Origin: a bacterium
GTDB taxonomy: Bacteria; SAR324; NAC60-12
Length of the DNA: 64,000 nucleotides
NCBI GenBank assembly: GCA_965205865.1
Contig: CBDBHR010000030.1
Span: 1,056,001-1,120,000, forward strand
Direction of reading: 5' to 3'
The notes below the pieces were generated by a model that searched no databases, was not told the DNA's origin, and was given only the letters and a program-made list of their open reading frames with translations. The position numbers were made by a program, and so were the translations under genes. Each line of letters opens with the position of its first letter. Position 1 is the first letter of the stretch. Positions 31,313 to 41,889 of the stretch are shown here, in pieces.

Positions 31313-32392
31313 TCACCATGATAACGATTTTTCGTGCAGCTGCCGGAAGATGTCCACGGCCTTTCGGATATTATTTTCATTTTTTATGGAAAGACGGATA
31401 AAAGATTGGTCCAGACCCGTAAAATTGCTGCAATCCCGAATCAGTATTTTATGGAGGCCGAAATAATCAAAAAGCATTGCGGAAGAATAACGATGAGATT
31501 TGATCAGAACAAAGTTGGCGTGACTGGGATAGGGATGCAGCCAGGAAAACGGAGCAATCTGTTCAATCAATCTTTTTTTTGTATTTTGTATTTGGTCAAT
31601 AAAAGATGGATCTTCAAACCCGATTAATTTTTCTGCCACGATTTGGGCTAGCGAGTTCAAAGACCAGGGAGACAAAAAGCCCCGCAATCTGCTGATCAAC
31701 TCCTCATTCGGCGTATATAACCATCCCATTCTCAAACCGGGCACGGCAAAAATTTTAGAGAAAGAACGCAGGACTACCAGATTGCCTTGCTCCACGCCCA
31801 GCAACGATTGGGTCGTTTCAAAGGAAGTGAAGGGCATGTAGGACTCATCCAACACGAATATCACTTTGGGAAAGCGCTGCAGAAGTGAAAGAATCGCCTG
31901 CCGGTCGATCAAAGTTCCTGTCGGGTTGTTGGGATTGCAAATGAAGACGATTTGAACGTTGGCAACCAGTTCCTCGAATTTTTCGATGTTGAAGTAAAAA
32001 TCGTCGTTCTCTTCCAATATTTGCTCAATGATCCGGCAACCATAGAGCACCGCGTATTTTTCATAATCCGCATAGGTGGGTTGCACAATCAAAACGTTTC
32101 GGTTCGCATGACAATAGCTCAAACCATGGATCAACTCCGTTGTTCCCGCACCACAAATCATGAAGGATTTCGGAATTTGGTAATAACGCGACAATTGTGA
32201 CAGGACACTCTCAGAATAGGGTTCCGGCAAGCGCTGGATTGTTGCCAGCTTCTCTTCAAGAAGCCTCAAGGCCGATCCTGAAACGTTTTCGGCAATATTG
32301 CTGCTGAGATCGATAATTTCCTCGATATCGATATCATGTTGTTGCGCCAGCCTGAAAATATTGCCGCCATGCTCATTGTTTCGCTTCAACAT
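31313..32392 (-). CDS. cobD: Threonine-phosphate decarboxylase (CobD) / class I-II aminotransferase
   Basis: HGGN, IDLSSNI, CNPNNPTG, DESY and RSFSKIFAVPGLRMG. Confidence 0.8.
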   Translation of the reverse strand: MLKRNNEHGGNIFRLAQQHDIDIEEIIDLSSNIAENVSGSALRLLEEKLATIQRLPEPYSESVLSQLSRYYQIPKSFMICGAGTTELIHGLSYCHANRNVLIVQPTYADYEKYAVLYGCRIIEQILEENDDFYFNIEKFEELVANVQIVFICNPNNPTGTLIDRQAILSLLQRFPKVIFVLDESYMPFTSFETTQSLLGVEQGNLVVLRSFSKIFAVPGLRMGWLYTPNEELISRLRGFLSPWSLNSLAQIVAEKLIGFEDPSFIDQIQNTKKRLIEQIAPFSWLHPYPSHANFVLIKSHRYSSAMLFDYFGLHKILIRDCSNFTGLDQSFIRLSIKNENNIRKAVDIFRQLHEKSLSW

Positions 32393-32578
32393 ATATATTT
32401 TTTCAAAAGAGCTAAGAATGCCGGATCTGACAGTTACCAACATACTATTTTATAAGCATTCCCGATTCACGCGGAATGGCTCGGAAATAAATTTTTGAGA
32501 ACATTTCTCCTCTTCGCGTTACTATTGTAAAAGAGTCAACGCATATTATCCATCGAGCGTCTTGAACAAGGAGGAAAC

Positions 32579-32761
32579 ATGCGAAACGATACATTGGAAA
32601 AATTCCCCGATCGGAATTTTATCAACTTTGAAACAAAACTATTTCTGAAAAAAGGAGGACAAATCAAAATCCTTCCTCCTCAAAAAGCTGTCAGCAGAGC
32701 TGTTATTTTCCCTTCTGAGTTGGCCGCTTATGAATCCCTTGATGATTTTACAATGTATTGA
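32579..32761 (+). CDS. Small hypothetical protein
   Basis: Strong RBS (AAGGAGG) before the ATG; FLKKGGQIKILPPQK motif. Confidence 0.6.
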   Translation: MRNDTLEKFPDRNFINFETKLFLKKGGQIKILPPQKAVSRAVIFPSELAAYESLDDFTMY

Positions 32762-32933
32762 CCCGGGAACTGCCAATGTCCGTCTAGAGGGCATTGCCGG
32801 TTTTCCGGTCCACTCACTCATCTCCAAACATGATCATGACAATTGCCCGTATTGAATAAAGGATTGTCCAATCTTGGGGAGTTGTTCGTAAATTTTTAAC
32901 AGATTATATAATTTTTCATCAAAAGAGGAAAAC

Positions 32934-34382
32934 ATGAAAATTCGATTTTTTTTGATAGCGGCACTAATAGGATTTGCAGTCGTTTTGGGAGGATTGGCCG
33001 CGACGGCTCCTCCTCTCCAATCTCTTATTCAACATTCCAAGACACGGGCAGACATTGTGGAAAAAGCTCAAAGAGCAGTTGTCCATATAGAGGTAGAAAA
33101 AACCGTTCCCGCCATGCGGAGGGGCGGAAATCGGGTACCTTTCGATTCCATGCCTGATGAATTCAAAAAATTCTTTTTTCCGGATACTGCTCCACAATCC
33201 CGGTCTTACCCTTTTGGATCTCAAGCACCCCGTGAATTCAGGCAATTTGGTCAGGGAAGTGGCACGATCGTCAGTCAGGTGGGACATGTTCTTACCAGTA
33301 GTCACGTGGTAAGCAATTCGAGTAAAATAGCAGTGACCCTCAGTGATGGTCGCGAATTTTCGGCTGAGATAGTAGGCGCTGATCCTCAATCCGACATTGC
33401 CGTGATCAAGATCGATGGTGAGGATCTTCCTGTCATGCCAACGGGAAATTCCGATGAGATTCGTATTGGAGAAACCGTCATTGCCATTGGGAATCCCTAT
33501 AGACTTTCCAATACCGTCACTATGGGAATCGTCAGTGCCAAAGGGCGTTCCAATGTCGGATTGATTGATTATGAAAATTTTATCCAGACCGATGCCGCGA
33601 TCAACCCGGGCAACAGTGGTGGTCCACTGATTGATCTCGAAGGAAAAATCATTGGCGTCAATGCCGCAATTTTTTCTCGAAGCGCAGGTTATCAGGGAAT
33701 CGGTTTCAGCGTGCCGATCAACATGGCACAGCATATCATGGAAGCATTGATTGCCGATGGCAAAGTGAAGAGAGGCTGGCTTGGAGTGAGCATCCAGGAT
33801 TTGACTCCTCAACTGGCCCAGGCATTCGGAGTGGAAAATCAGCAAGGCGCGCTGGTTGCCAAAGTTTTGGAAGACTCTCCGGCATCGCAAGCGGGTCTGA
33901 ATCAAGGCGACATCATTGTGAGTTTCAACCAACTCCCTGTCGCGGACAGCAACGATCTGCAAAACAAAGTAGGTTTGGCAGCGCCGCAAACCATGGCAGC
34001 ACTCAAAGTGATCCGAAATGGAGCGGAAATCGACATCAATTTGAAGTTGGGAGAGCGCTCTTCGCCAGGAATAACCAGTCCGCACCCCGTGGAAAAAGTA
34101 AATTCCCTTGGCATTTCAGTGCAGGATTTGAACCCTGAACTGGCAGAGAAATTCGGCTACCAGACAGATTCCGGTGTCGTCGTTACTGAGGTGGCTCCTG
34201 ATTCCGTGGCATTTCAAGCAGGCTTGAGAGCCGGGAACATGATTCAGGAAATAAATCAGGAAAAAATCGAGGATGCGCAGTCCTTTCAGGAGGCCATCGA
34301 AAAGGCTGATCCGGAAGAAGGGATTCTTCTTTTAGTGACCACTCCGGACGGGTCGAGATATCTTGTTTTGAAATCCGCTTAA
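32934..34382 (+). CDS. degP: DegP/DegQ serine protease with two PDZ domains
   Basis: GSG, HVV, DIAV and IQTDAAINPGNSGGPL. Confidence 0.95.
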   Translation: MKIRFFLIAALIGFAVVLGGLAATAPPLQSLIQHSKTRADIVEKAQRAVVHIEVEKTVPAMRRGGNRVPFDSMPDEFKKFFFPDTAPQSRSYPFGSQAPREFRQFGQGSGTIVSQVGHVLTSSHVVSNSSKIAVTLSDGREFSAEIVGADPQSDIAVIKIDGEDLPVMPTGNSDEIRIGETVIAIGNPYRLSNTVTMGIVSAKGRSNVGLIDYENFIQTDAAINPGNSGGPLIDLEGKIIGVNAAIFSRSAGYQGIGFSVPINMAQHIMEALIADGKVKRGWLGVSIQDLTPQLAQAFGVENQQGALVAKVLEDSPASQAGLNQGDIIVSFNQLPVADSNDLQNKVGLAAPQTMAALKVIRNGAEIDINLKLGERSSPGITSPHPVEKVNSLGISVQDLNPELAEKFGYQTDSGVVVTEVAPDSVAFQAGLRAGNMIQEINQEKIEDAQSFQEAIEKADPEEGILLLVTTPDGSRYLVLKSA

Positions 34383-34396
34383 AACCACTTTCCTAC

Positions 34397-34422
34397 GGAG
34401 AGGGGCTCTTGACTCCTCTCCG
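34397..34422. terminator. GC-rich hairpin between convergent degP and modA
   Basis: GGAGAGGGGC-TCTT-GACTCCTCTCC inverted repeat. Confidence 0.55.
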
Positions 34423-34448
34423 ATGGCCACCGGGCGGCACAGTCACGC

Positions 34449-35210
34449 TCAAGGTATCGCCACGAATCCATAGCGTTCATAAATCCTCGAGACCCGAGGG
34501 CTTCTCAGAAAATCGATGAACGCCTGGCCTGCCGGATGTTCATTTTCGGAAACCAGGGCAATCGGATATACGATAGGAGAATGACTTTCTTGCGGAAAAA
34601 AACCTGCTATTCGCACACTTTTTTGCGCAATCAAAGCGTCCGTTAAATAAACGATCCCCATCTCCACTTCCCCCCGCTCCACGTAAACCAATGCCGTTCG
34701 TACGTCTCGGGCAGCCACCATCCGGAATTGCAACGCAGGCCACCAATTGAAATAATCCAATCCTTCTTTTGTATAAATACCGGCCGGGACGTGGTTGGGA
34801 TCTCCCATGCTGAATCGTCCCCGAAAAATGCTTGCCAGGTCGAAGTCGCGGTGCCATTGGATGGACTCGGACAGCATTTGACCCTTGGGTGTGATGATGA
34901 CCAGGCGATTACCAAAGAGATTGAAACGGGACTGCGGAACCAACCGTTGTTTCTGCTCCAGAAAATCCATCCACAGAGTGTTTGCAGATAAAATAATGTG
35001 CGCAGGCGCGCCTTGATCGATTTGTTTTGCCAACGTGGATGAGGATGCGAAAGACGTTCGGATCTCGACAGGATGTTGCTGCTGGTACGCTCGGGCGGCC
35101 TCCTGGACGACGTTGATGGTACTGGCGGCAGCGAAAATGATCAAAGGACCGGCTTCTACGGTGGCAATCAGTCCCCAATAAAAAATCATCAACCACAAAT
35201 ATCTTTTCAT
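34449..35210 (-). CDS. modA: Molybdate ABC transporter substrate-binding protein
   Basis: FAAAS, FASSSTLAKQI, VPAGIY and GIVYLTDA. Confidence 0.93.
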   Translation of the reverse strand: MKRYLWLMIFYWGLIATVEAGPLIIFAAASTINVVQEAARAYQQQHPVEIRTSFASSSTLAKQIDQGAPAHIILSANTLWMDFLEQKQRLVPQSRFNLFGNRLVIITPKGQMLSESIQWHRDFDLASIFRGRFSMGDPNHVPAGIYTKEGLDYFNWWPALQFRMVAARDVRTALVYVERGEVEMGIVYLTDALIAQKSVRIAGFFPQESHSPIVYPIALVSENEHPAGQAFIDFLRSPRVSRIYERYGFVAIP

Positions 35211-35440
35211 GAAATTTTCCTTGTGCTCGAATGGCTGTACGCTCTTTGGAAAAAAGGTCGTTGGATATCTGTTACTTAAAAAAGAGCCATTTTTCAAACT
35301 AGCACACAGAACTGAAAGAAGCAGAAGAAAAACTCAAAAAAATCATGTAAAGTAACGCTTTCTGGCCGCTTTCCAAACAACCATCAGATTCATGGTCTCA
35401 TCTGAAGTTTCTGAATGATTGGAAATAATATATTAACCTT

Positions 35441-35631
35441 ACTGACCCGACAGTCGTAAGTTTTCGTAATTCATTGAAATTATTAAGCCTGCGTTGAACG
35501 GTTCGTCACTTTCGCGAAGCTTGTCCCTGCGAAAGCAGGGAGCGGGAATCCGGAGTATTTTCAAGGGCTTACGCAAACCGTATCCCGGATCTAGTCCGGG
35601 ATGAGATAAGAACTTACAACTCTTGAGTTAC
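35441..35631. mobile_element. Second MITE-like element with REP/RPE-type hairpins
   Basis: Imperfect terminal inverted repeat (AGTCGTAAGTT / AACTTACAACT). Internal GTCACTTTCGCGAAGCTTGTCCCTGCGAAAGCAGGGAGCGGGAATCC and ATCCCGGATCTAGTCCGGGAT. Confidence 0.65.
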
Positions 35632-35697
35632 TGAATTGATTGTCCTTTCAATCGGAAAATGTTCCGCAGGCAGGTCAGTTCAAGAAACGGAAATCTT

Positions 35698-37110
35698 ATG
35701 AAACATTACGATATAGTCGTCATCGGTTCCGGAGGAGGAGCAAAAATTTCAACGCCTTCTTCCAAATTAGGCTACAAAGTGGCGCTGATTGAAAAAGGGC
35801 CCATGGGAGGGACTTGCCTCAATCGCGGCTGTATTCCGTCGAAAATGTTGATTCATGCAGCCGAAGTTGCTCAAGTCATTCAGGAAGCCCATCGCTTTCA
35901 AGTGATACCCAAAGGTTTTGAAGTGGATTTTTCAGCCCTCGTCCATCGGGTCAGTGACAGTATCGATTCGGAATCCTTGAGCATCAATCCCGGGATCGAA
36001 GCCAATCCCAACATCGACTGGTACGCGCAACACGCCCGATTTACGGGTGAGAGGCGATTGCAAGTGGGAGATGAAGAAATAACGGCAGAGCGGATTTTTA
36101 TCGCCGCGGGCGCCCGTCCATCTATTCCGAATATTCCGGGTCTCGCGGAAGTTCCTTTCATAACCAGTACGGAAGCGCTGCGACTCGATCGATTCCCTCG
36201 GAAGATGGTAGTGATCGGCGCCGGTTACATTGCCACCGAACTGGCATTCTATTTTGGAAGCCTGGGCACTGAGATTCACATGTTCGCTCGCAGCCGGATG
36301 CTCAAAGTGGAGGATTTTGAAATAAGAGAGGAATTCGAAAAAGTATTCAGTGAGCAACACCAGGTCTATTTCAATACGCTGCCCGGCAGAATACGGCATC
36401 GGGACGGTCGATTCGAAGTCTTTTATGAGGACTGGCAAAGACAATCCCGCATGATCGAATGCGACCAGGTTTTGGTAGCAACGGGAGTCGTGCCCAATAG
36501 TGATCTGCTGGACCTGGAAAAAACCGGAGTGGAAGTGCGAAGAAATGGATTCATCAAGGTGAATGAATACCTGCGCACCACGGCGGACAATATTTGGGCA
36601 TTCGGTGATATTGCGGGCAATTATCTCTTTAGACACAGCACCAATTTCGAAGGACAATATCTATTCGCCTCCGTCATTCACCAGGCAACGCGGGACCCCA
36701 TCGATTACACCGGCATGCCCCATGCCGTTTTCACCCATCCTCAAATCGCCGCGGTGGGTGAACGGGAAGAAGAACTGAAAGAACGTGGCGCACAGTACGT
36801 GAAAGGCGTCCATCCTTATTCCGGCAGCGCCATGGGAATGGCCCTGCGCTCCAATCACGGGTTCGTCAAACTGTTGATTGAAAAACAAACCCACCGCATT
36901 TTAGGATGTCACATCATTGGACCCGAAGCCAGCGTGCTGGTCCACCAGATCATCCCTTTGATGCGCTTGCAGGGAAAGCTGGAAGATTTGCTCTACATGA
37001 TTCACATTCACCCGGCCCTTTCCGAGATAGTGCGCAATGCGGCCCGCAAAGCGCGCGACCAGCTGATGGACGCCGGTGAAGAATTGCCCGTTCCTCTTAA
37101 AATCGCATGA
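35698..37110 (+). CDS. Dihydrolipoyl dehydrogenase / mycothione reductase-like disulfide oxidoreductase
   Basis: GGTCLNRGCIPSKML, GAGYIA and HIHPALSE. Confidence 0.9.
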   Translation: MKHYDIVVIGSGGGAKISTPSSKLGYKVALIEKGPMGGTCLNRGCIPSKMLIHAAEVAQVIQEAHRFQVIPKGFEVDFSALVHRVSDSIDSESLSINPGIEANPNIDWYAQHARFTGERRLQVGDEEITAERIFIAAGARPSIPNIPGLAEVPFITSTEALRLDRFPRKMVVIGAGYIATELAFYFGSLGTEIHMFARSRMLKVEDFEIREEFEKVFSEQHQVYFNTLPGRIRHRDGRFEVFYEDWQRQSRMIECDQVLVATGVVPNSDLLDLEKTGVEVRRNGFIKVNEYLRTTADNIWAFGDIAGNYLFRHSTNFEGQYLFASVIHQATRDPIDYTGMPHAVFTHPQIAAVGEREEELKERGAQYVKGVHPYSGSAMGMALRSNHGFVKLLIEKQTHRILGCHIIGPEASVLVHQIIPLMRLQGKLEDLLYMIHIHPALSEIVRNAARKARDQLMDAGEELPVPLKIA

Positions 37111-37145
37111 GTTTCAAAGCCTCCCGTGGAATCGCTTACTGAAAA

Positions 37146-40100
37146 ATGCCGGCACTGACCCTCAAACCCAACCACAAGCCCGTCAAAGCATATTATGACT
37201 CGCTCCAGCAATTCGAGCGGCTCGGAGTGACCCATGAAAGCGCTGTCCGCTCGGCGTTCCAAACGTTGCTGGAAGGGTGTGGAAAACAGTTCGGCTGGAC
37301 GCTCGTTCCCGAATATTCCATCAGCCTTGCTCGAAACAGACGGATTGTCGTTGATGGCGCCTTGATCGACGATTTCCAATTGCCGCAGGGCTACTGGGAG
37401 GCCAAAGACATTCATGACGATTTGCCGGGAGAAGTGCTTCGCAAGTTTGCGGCAGGCTATCCGCGTAGCAACATCCTTTTCCAAACGCCCAAACGGGCCA
37501 TCCTCTGGCAAAACGAGCAGCGGGTGCTCGATAACGACCTGAGCGACCCGGAACAACTGATCGAGACGCTGCAGACCTTTTTTTCATACCGTCCGCAACA
37601 ATACGTCGAATGGCAAGATGCGGTAGCGCAGTTCAAAGACAAAGTTCCTCACATCGGAAGGGGAGTGGCTCGCTTGATCCACCAAGAACGACGTAGCAAC
37701 CCGCGATTTACCAGTGCCTTTGCGGACTTCCTGGAAAAATGTCGTTCCTCGATCAACCCCGACCTTTCCGAAGACGCCGTCGAGGAGATGCTCATTCAAC
37801 ATTTACTCACGGTGCGGATTTTCCGCACCGTCTTCAACAACCCCGACTTCACCCGCCGCAACGTCATCGCCAATGAGATCGAGACCGTCATCGATGCGCT
37901 CACTTCACAATCCTTCAGTCGACTTGATTTCCTTCAAAGCCTGGACCACTTCTATGTGGCAATCGAGCGAACGGCGGCAACCATCAGCAATTTTTCACAA
38001 AAACAGCATTTCCTCAACACGGTCTACGAGCAGTTTTTCCAGGGCTTTTCAGTCAAGGTCGCCGATACGCACGGCATCGTCTACACGCCGCAATCCATTG
38101 TAGAATTCATGGTAAAAAGCGTGGAACGGATTCTACGGAGCGAATTTGATACTTCCCTTTCAGACGGCGGGGTGCACGTCATTGATCCGTTCGTGGGCAC
38201 CGGCAATTTCATCGTCCGCATCATGCGCGAGATCCGCAAGACCGCGCTGCCGGACAAGTATGCGCGCGAGCTTCACTGCAATGAGGTCATGCTGCTGCCT
38301 TACTACGTCGCCTCCATGAACGTCGAACACGAGTTCTACCAGGCAACGGGCGCTTACCAGCCCTTCGAGGGCATCTGTCTGGTAGATACTTTCGACCTCG
38401 CGGAAGAGCGCCAGTTATCACTTTTTGTCCCCAGGAACACCCAGCGCGTTGAAAAGCAGAAGGATACCCCGATGTTCGTGGTCATCGGCAATCCACCTTA
38501 CAACGTCGGTCAGGTCAACGAGAACGACAACAACAAGAATCGCCAGTATGCCACCCTGGACAAGCGGGTTGCGCAAACCTATTCCGGAGACTCGCGCGCG
38601 ACCTTGAAAGCTCAATTGGCTGATCCATACGTGAAAGCCATTCGCTGGGCATGCGACCGGATCGGAGAGCAGGGGATCGTCGCTTTCGTCACCAACAACA
38701 GCTTCCTTGATGGTATCGCTTTTGATGGCATGCGGAAACATCTCGCAGACGATTTCGACGCGATATATATGCTCGATTTGGGAGGAAACGTGCGTAAGAA
38801 TCCGAAGCTTTCAGGGACGACACACAACGTCTTTGGCATTCAGGTGGGGGTCTGCATCAATTTTTTCGTCAAAAAAAAAGACAACTCCAATTTCCCAGTA
38901 AAAATATTCTATGCTCGTGTCGATGAATCCTGGCGTAAGGAAAACAAGTATCACTATCTTGATGCCATGGAACAATACCAAAACATCGAATGGCAGCCGG
39001 TAACGCCGGATAAAAACCATACATGGCTCACGGAGGGACTACGCAGCGAGTTTGAGACCTTTATCCCTGTGGGAAGTAAGGTCGCAAAGGCAGGAAAAGA
39101 CGACGGAATGGAGGTGATTTTCAAACACTATTGTAATGGGGTCAAAACCAACCGTGATGCCTGGACGTACAATTTCAAACGGGACGCGCTCGCTAAAAAC
39201 ATGCGGCAGACGATCGAGTATTACAATGAACAGGTGCTCAAGTGGGAACGACGCGCAGACGAGGAGGCCAACATTGATGATTTCGTGGTTTATGACGACG
39301 CGAAAATCAGTTGGAGTAGTACTTTAAAATTGCACTTGAAGCGAAACAGAAGCGCAGTATATGCTGAACGCAAGGTGAGAAATTCACTCTATCGTCCCTT
39401 CACCAAATCGATCCTCTTCTTTGATCACGTTATGGTCGATAGAAATGGAAGTTTCCCATCCATCTTCCCCACACCAGAAACGGAAACCGAGAATCGGGTG
39501 ATTTGTCTCACTGCCGTGGGGAATAAAAAGCCATTTCACTGCCTGATGACAAAGCAGCTAACGGATTTGCATCTTACTGGAGATTCCCAATGCTTCCCCT
39601 TTTACACCTATGACGAAGACGGGACGAATCGACGGGAGAACATCACCGGTGGGGTCTTGCGCAAATTCCGTTCTCAGTACCAGGACGAGAGCATCAGTAA
39701 GTTGGACATTTTTCATTACGTTTACGCAGTGTTGCATCACCCCAATTACCGTGAACACTATCAAGCGAACCTCAAACGGGAATTACCCCGCCTGCCCTTC
39801 GTATCGGATTTTTGGAGCTATGTCAAAATAGGAAGACGGTTGGGGGAGATCCATGTTTCCTACGAAGACCAACCCGAATATCACCTCGACTTCATCGAGA
39901 CCCCCGGTGAACCACTCGATTGGCGCGTCGAGAAGATGAAGCTCTCCAAAGACAAGTCTCAGATCCGCTACAATGATTTCCTCACCCTGCCCGGTATCCC
40001 ACCCGAAGCCTTCGACTACCGCTTGGGCAATCGCTCGGCTTTGGATTGGATTATCGACCAGTACCGAGTCAAGACCGACAAACGAAGCGGCATCACCAAC

Positions 40101-40223
40101 GACCCCAACCGCCCGGACGACCCGCAGTACATCGTCAAACTGATCGGCAAGGTCATCACCATCAGTCTGGAAACCGTCAAACTCGTCAAGGAGTCACCAG
40201 AATGGCCCGCTGATCTTAAGTAA
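37146..40223 (+). CDS. Single-polypeptide restriction-modification enzyme (N6-adenine MTase + type ISP-like C-terminal specificity domain, no helicase)
   Basis: N-terminal D..WEAKD nuclease-like motif, GIVYTP, IDPFVGTGNF, IGNPPY, LYRPF, ELPRLP and YRLGNRSALDWIIDQY. Confidence 0.88.
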   Translation: MPALTLKPNHKPVKAYYDSLQQFERLGVTHESAVRSAFQTLLEGCGKQFGWTLVPEYSISLARNRRIVVDGALIDDFQLPQGYWEAKDIHDDLPGEVLRKFAAGYPRSNILFQTPKRAILWQNEQRVLDNDLSDPEQLIETLQTFFSYRPQQYVEWQDAVAQFKDKVPHIGRGVARLIHQERRSNPRFTSAFADFLEKCRSSINPDLSEDAVEEMLIQHLLTVRIFRTVFNNPDFTRRNVIANEIETVIDALTSQSFSRLDFLQSLDHFYVAIERTAATISNFSQKQHFLNTVYEQFFQGFSVKVADTHGIVYTPQSIVEFMVKSVERILRSEFDTSLSDGGVHVIDPFVGTGNFIVRIMREIRKTALPDKYARELHCNEVMLLPYYVASMNVEHEFYQATGAYQPFEGICLVDTFDLAEERQLSLFVPRNTQRVEKQKDTPMFVVIGNPPYNVGQVNENDNNKNRQYATLDKRVAQTYSGDSRATLKAQLADPYVKAIRWACDRIGEQGIVAFVTNNSFLDGIAFDGMRKHLADDFDAIYMLDLGGNVRKNPKLSGTTHNVFGIQVGVCINFFVKKKDNSNFPVKIFYARVDESWRKENKYHYLDAMEQYQNIEWQPVTPDKNHTWLTEGLRSEFETFIPVGSKVAKAGKDDGMEVIFKHYCNGVKTNRDAWTYNFKRDALAKNMRQTIEYYNEQVLKWERRADEEANIDDFVVYDDAKISWSSTLKLHLKRNRSAVYAERKVRNSLYRPFTKSILFFDHVMVDRNGSFPSIFPTPETETENRVICLTAVGNKKPFHCLMTKQLTDLHLTGDSQCFPFYTYDEDGTNRRENITGGVLRKFRSQYQDESISKLDIFHYVYAVLHHPNYREHYQANLKRELPRLPFVSDFWSYVKIGRRLGEIHVSYEDQPEYHLDFIETPGEPLDWRVEKMKLSKDKSQIRYNDFLTLPGIPPEAFDYRLGNRSALDWIIDQYRVKTDKRSGITNDPNRPDDPQYIVKLIGKVITISLETVKLVKESPEWPADLK

Positions 40224-40779
40224 ACAACAATAGTTCTTTTCGAAAGAGGTAACTGCTGTTGGAACAATGGGGCCTATTGGAGAACAAGCTATATCCTAAC
40301 CGTTCATGAATTTTTTTTTTCACGCCCGATCATGAAAATACTGTATACTTCTATTGATCGGTGTTGAGGTCGTCGCAACTTTGGAGGCACATCAGTGACC
40401 CCGTAACCTAAGCTGATCCAAGCAGCTTCGTTTGAACCCCCGATTGCACATGCGTTTTTGAGCATAGTGCGCATAGTAAGATAACCAACTTTCATGAGGT
40501 TATCGAACTGCTGTACCGATCATTCTTGTCCCTTTTTGAAGAGGACGTTACCTTTACGAATCGGGAACGCAAAGAGTATTAGTGTCAAACGACACATTTA
40601 AATGTTTGAATGATCTTTAAATTGCTATCATTGTCCCGCTGACAACGCTGTTTATTTCATCACGGGTGGAGTGCGCTCTCAAACAACCATTATTTTCATA
40701 GTAAGATGGAAATTTTCCTTTTCATACAGCAATTCACCAGATACTAGTAAAGTTTTGTAGAGATTTCGGAGAAAAAACC

Positions 40780-41889
40780 ATGATTTCTTCATATTACTTC
40801 AGGGACACTTCGTCTGACAAGTGGGAGTTTCAAGAAACTAAGTTAAATAACGTAAACTTGATTGTTGGTGCCTCGGCGTCTGGTAAAACCAGATACCTGA
40901 ATACGATTTTTAACGTTTCTAAAGCTATCGTACAGAATCAAACATTTATACCAGGATGTTGGAGACTAACTATAAAAACGGAAAAATATGAATATCTGTG
41001 GGAATGTGAGAGTATAGTATTTGACGGTGGCAGTCAAATTGAAAAGGAAATTGTAAAGCGTAAGCGCAGGGATTCTCAAGACCGATTTGAGAATCTGATT
41101 GAAAGAACATCGGATAACTTTATTTTCTGTGAAAATGTATTGCCAAAACTACAGCGTGATAGGCCTGGAATCACACTTCTCAAAGAAGAGGAAAAAATAG
41201 GTCCTCTTTTTGAAACTTTCTCAAAAGTCCAGATAAGAAAATTCCATGATGAGGGCTTAAGAGATGCATTTAGTTTACAAGATGTGTCGAATCAATTGAT
41301 CGCTCTTACTGAATCGAAAGATAAGATTTTTACTTTATGGATGCAACAACCCACCCTGAGTGCCAAAATGTATCTTCTTAGTAAAACGTTCCCTGAATGT
41401 TATGATTTGGCAGTAAAGACCTTTGTACAAATCTTTCCTTCTATTAAAAAATGTTACGTGAATATTCAGACTCCAGGAGTGGTCCCCATATTCTTAATAG
41501 AAGAAGAGAAAATAAACAGAACAATTCCATTGCTTGAACTCTCATCAGGAATGCAAAAAGTTTTATTGATTATTACCGATATAATTACCTTACCAAAAGG
41601 TTCAATCTATATAATTGATGAATATGAAAACTCACTAGGAATTAATGCTATTGATTTTCTCCCAGAATTTCTGATCGAACATGGTACAAACATTCAAATA
41701 TTTATTACGACTCACCACCCCTATCTGATTAACAGCATGCCCATGAAAACATGGAGAGTATTTAACAGGATTGGTTCAAAAGTATTTATCAAAAGAGGTA
41801 CAGAGTTTGAAAAGAGGTATGGTAAGTCTAAACAAAAAGCCTTTATTCAACTCATTAACGATCCATTCTATTCTGGTAATCAACTGTAA
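40780..41889 (+). CDS. ABC-type ATPase (AAA_21-like)
   Basis: Walker A GASASGKT, signature LSSGMQK, Walker B IIDEYENSL and H-loop TTHHP. Confidence 0.9.
   Translation: MISSYYFRDTSSDKWEFQETKLNNVNLIVGASASGKTRYLNTIFNVSKAIVQNQTFIPGCWRLTIKTEKYEYLWECESIVFDGGSQIEKEIVKRKRRDSQDRFENLIERTSDNFIFCENVLPKLQRDRPGITLLKEEEKIGPLFETFSKVQIRKFHDEGLRDAFSLQDVSNQLIALTESKDKIFTLWMQQPTLSAKMYLLSKTFPECYDLAVKTFVQIFPSIKKCYVNIQTPGVVPIFLIEEEKINRTIPLLELSSGMQKVLLIITDIITLPKGSIYIIDEYENSLGINAIDFLPEFLIEHGTNIQIFITTHHPYLINSMPMKTWRVFNRIGSKVFIKRGTEFEKRYGKSKQKAFIQLINDPFYSGNQL

Noticed and set aside
32393-32578. Cobalamin riboswitch upstream of cobD
   Set aside because: No recognisable B12-box motifs.
40230-40779. Retron msr-msd upstream of the ATPase
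   Set aside because: No reverse transcriptase in the window and no convincing a1/a2 inverted repeats.
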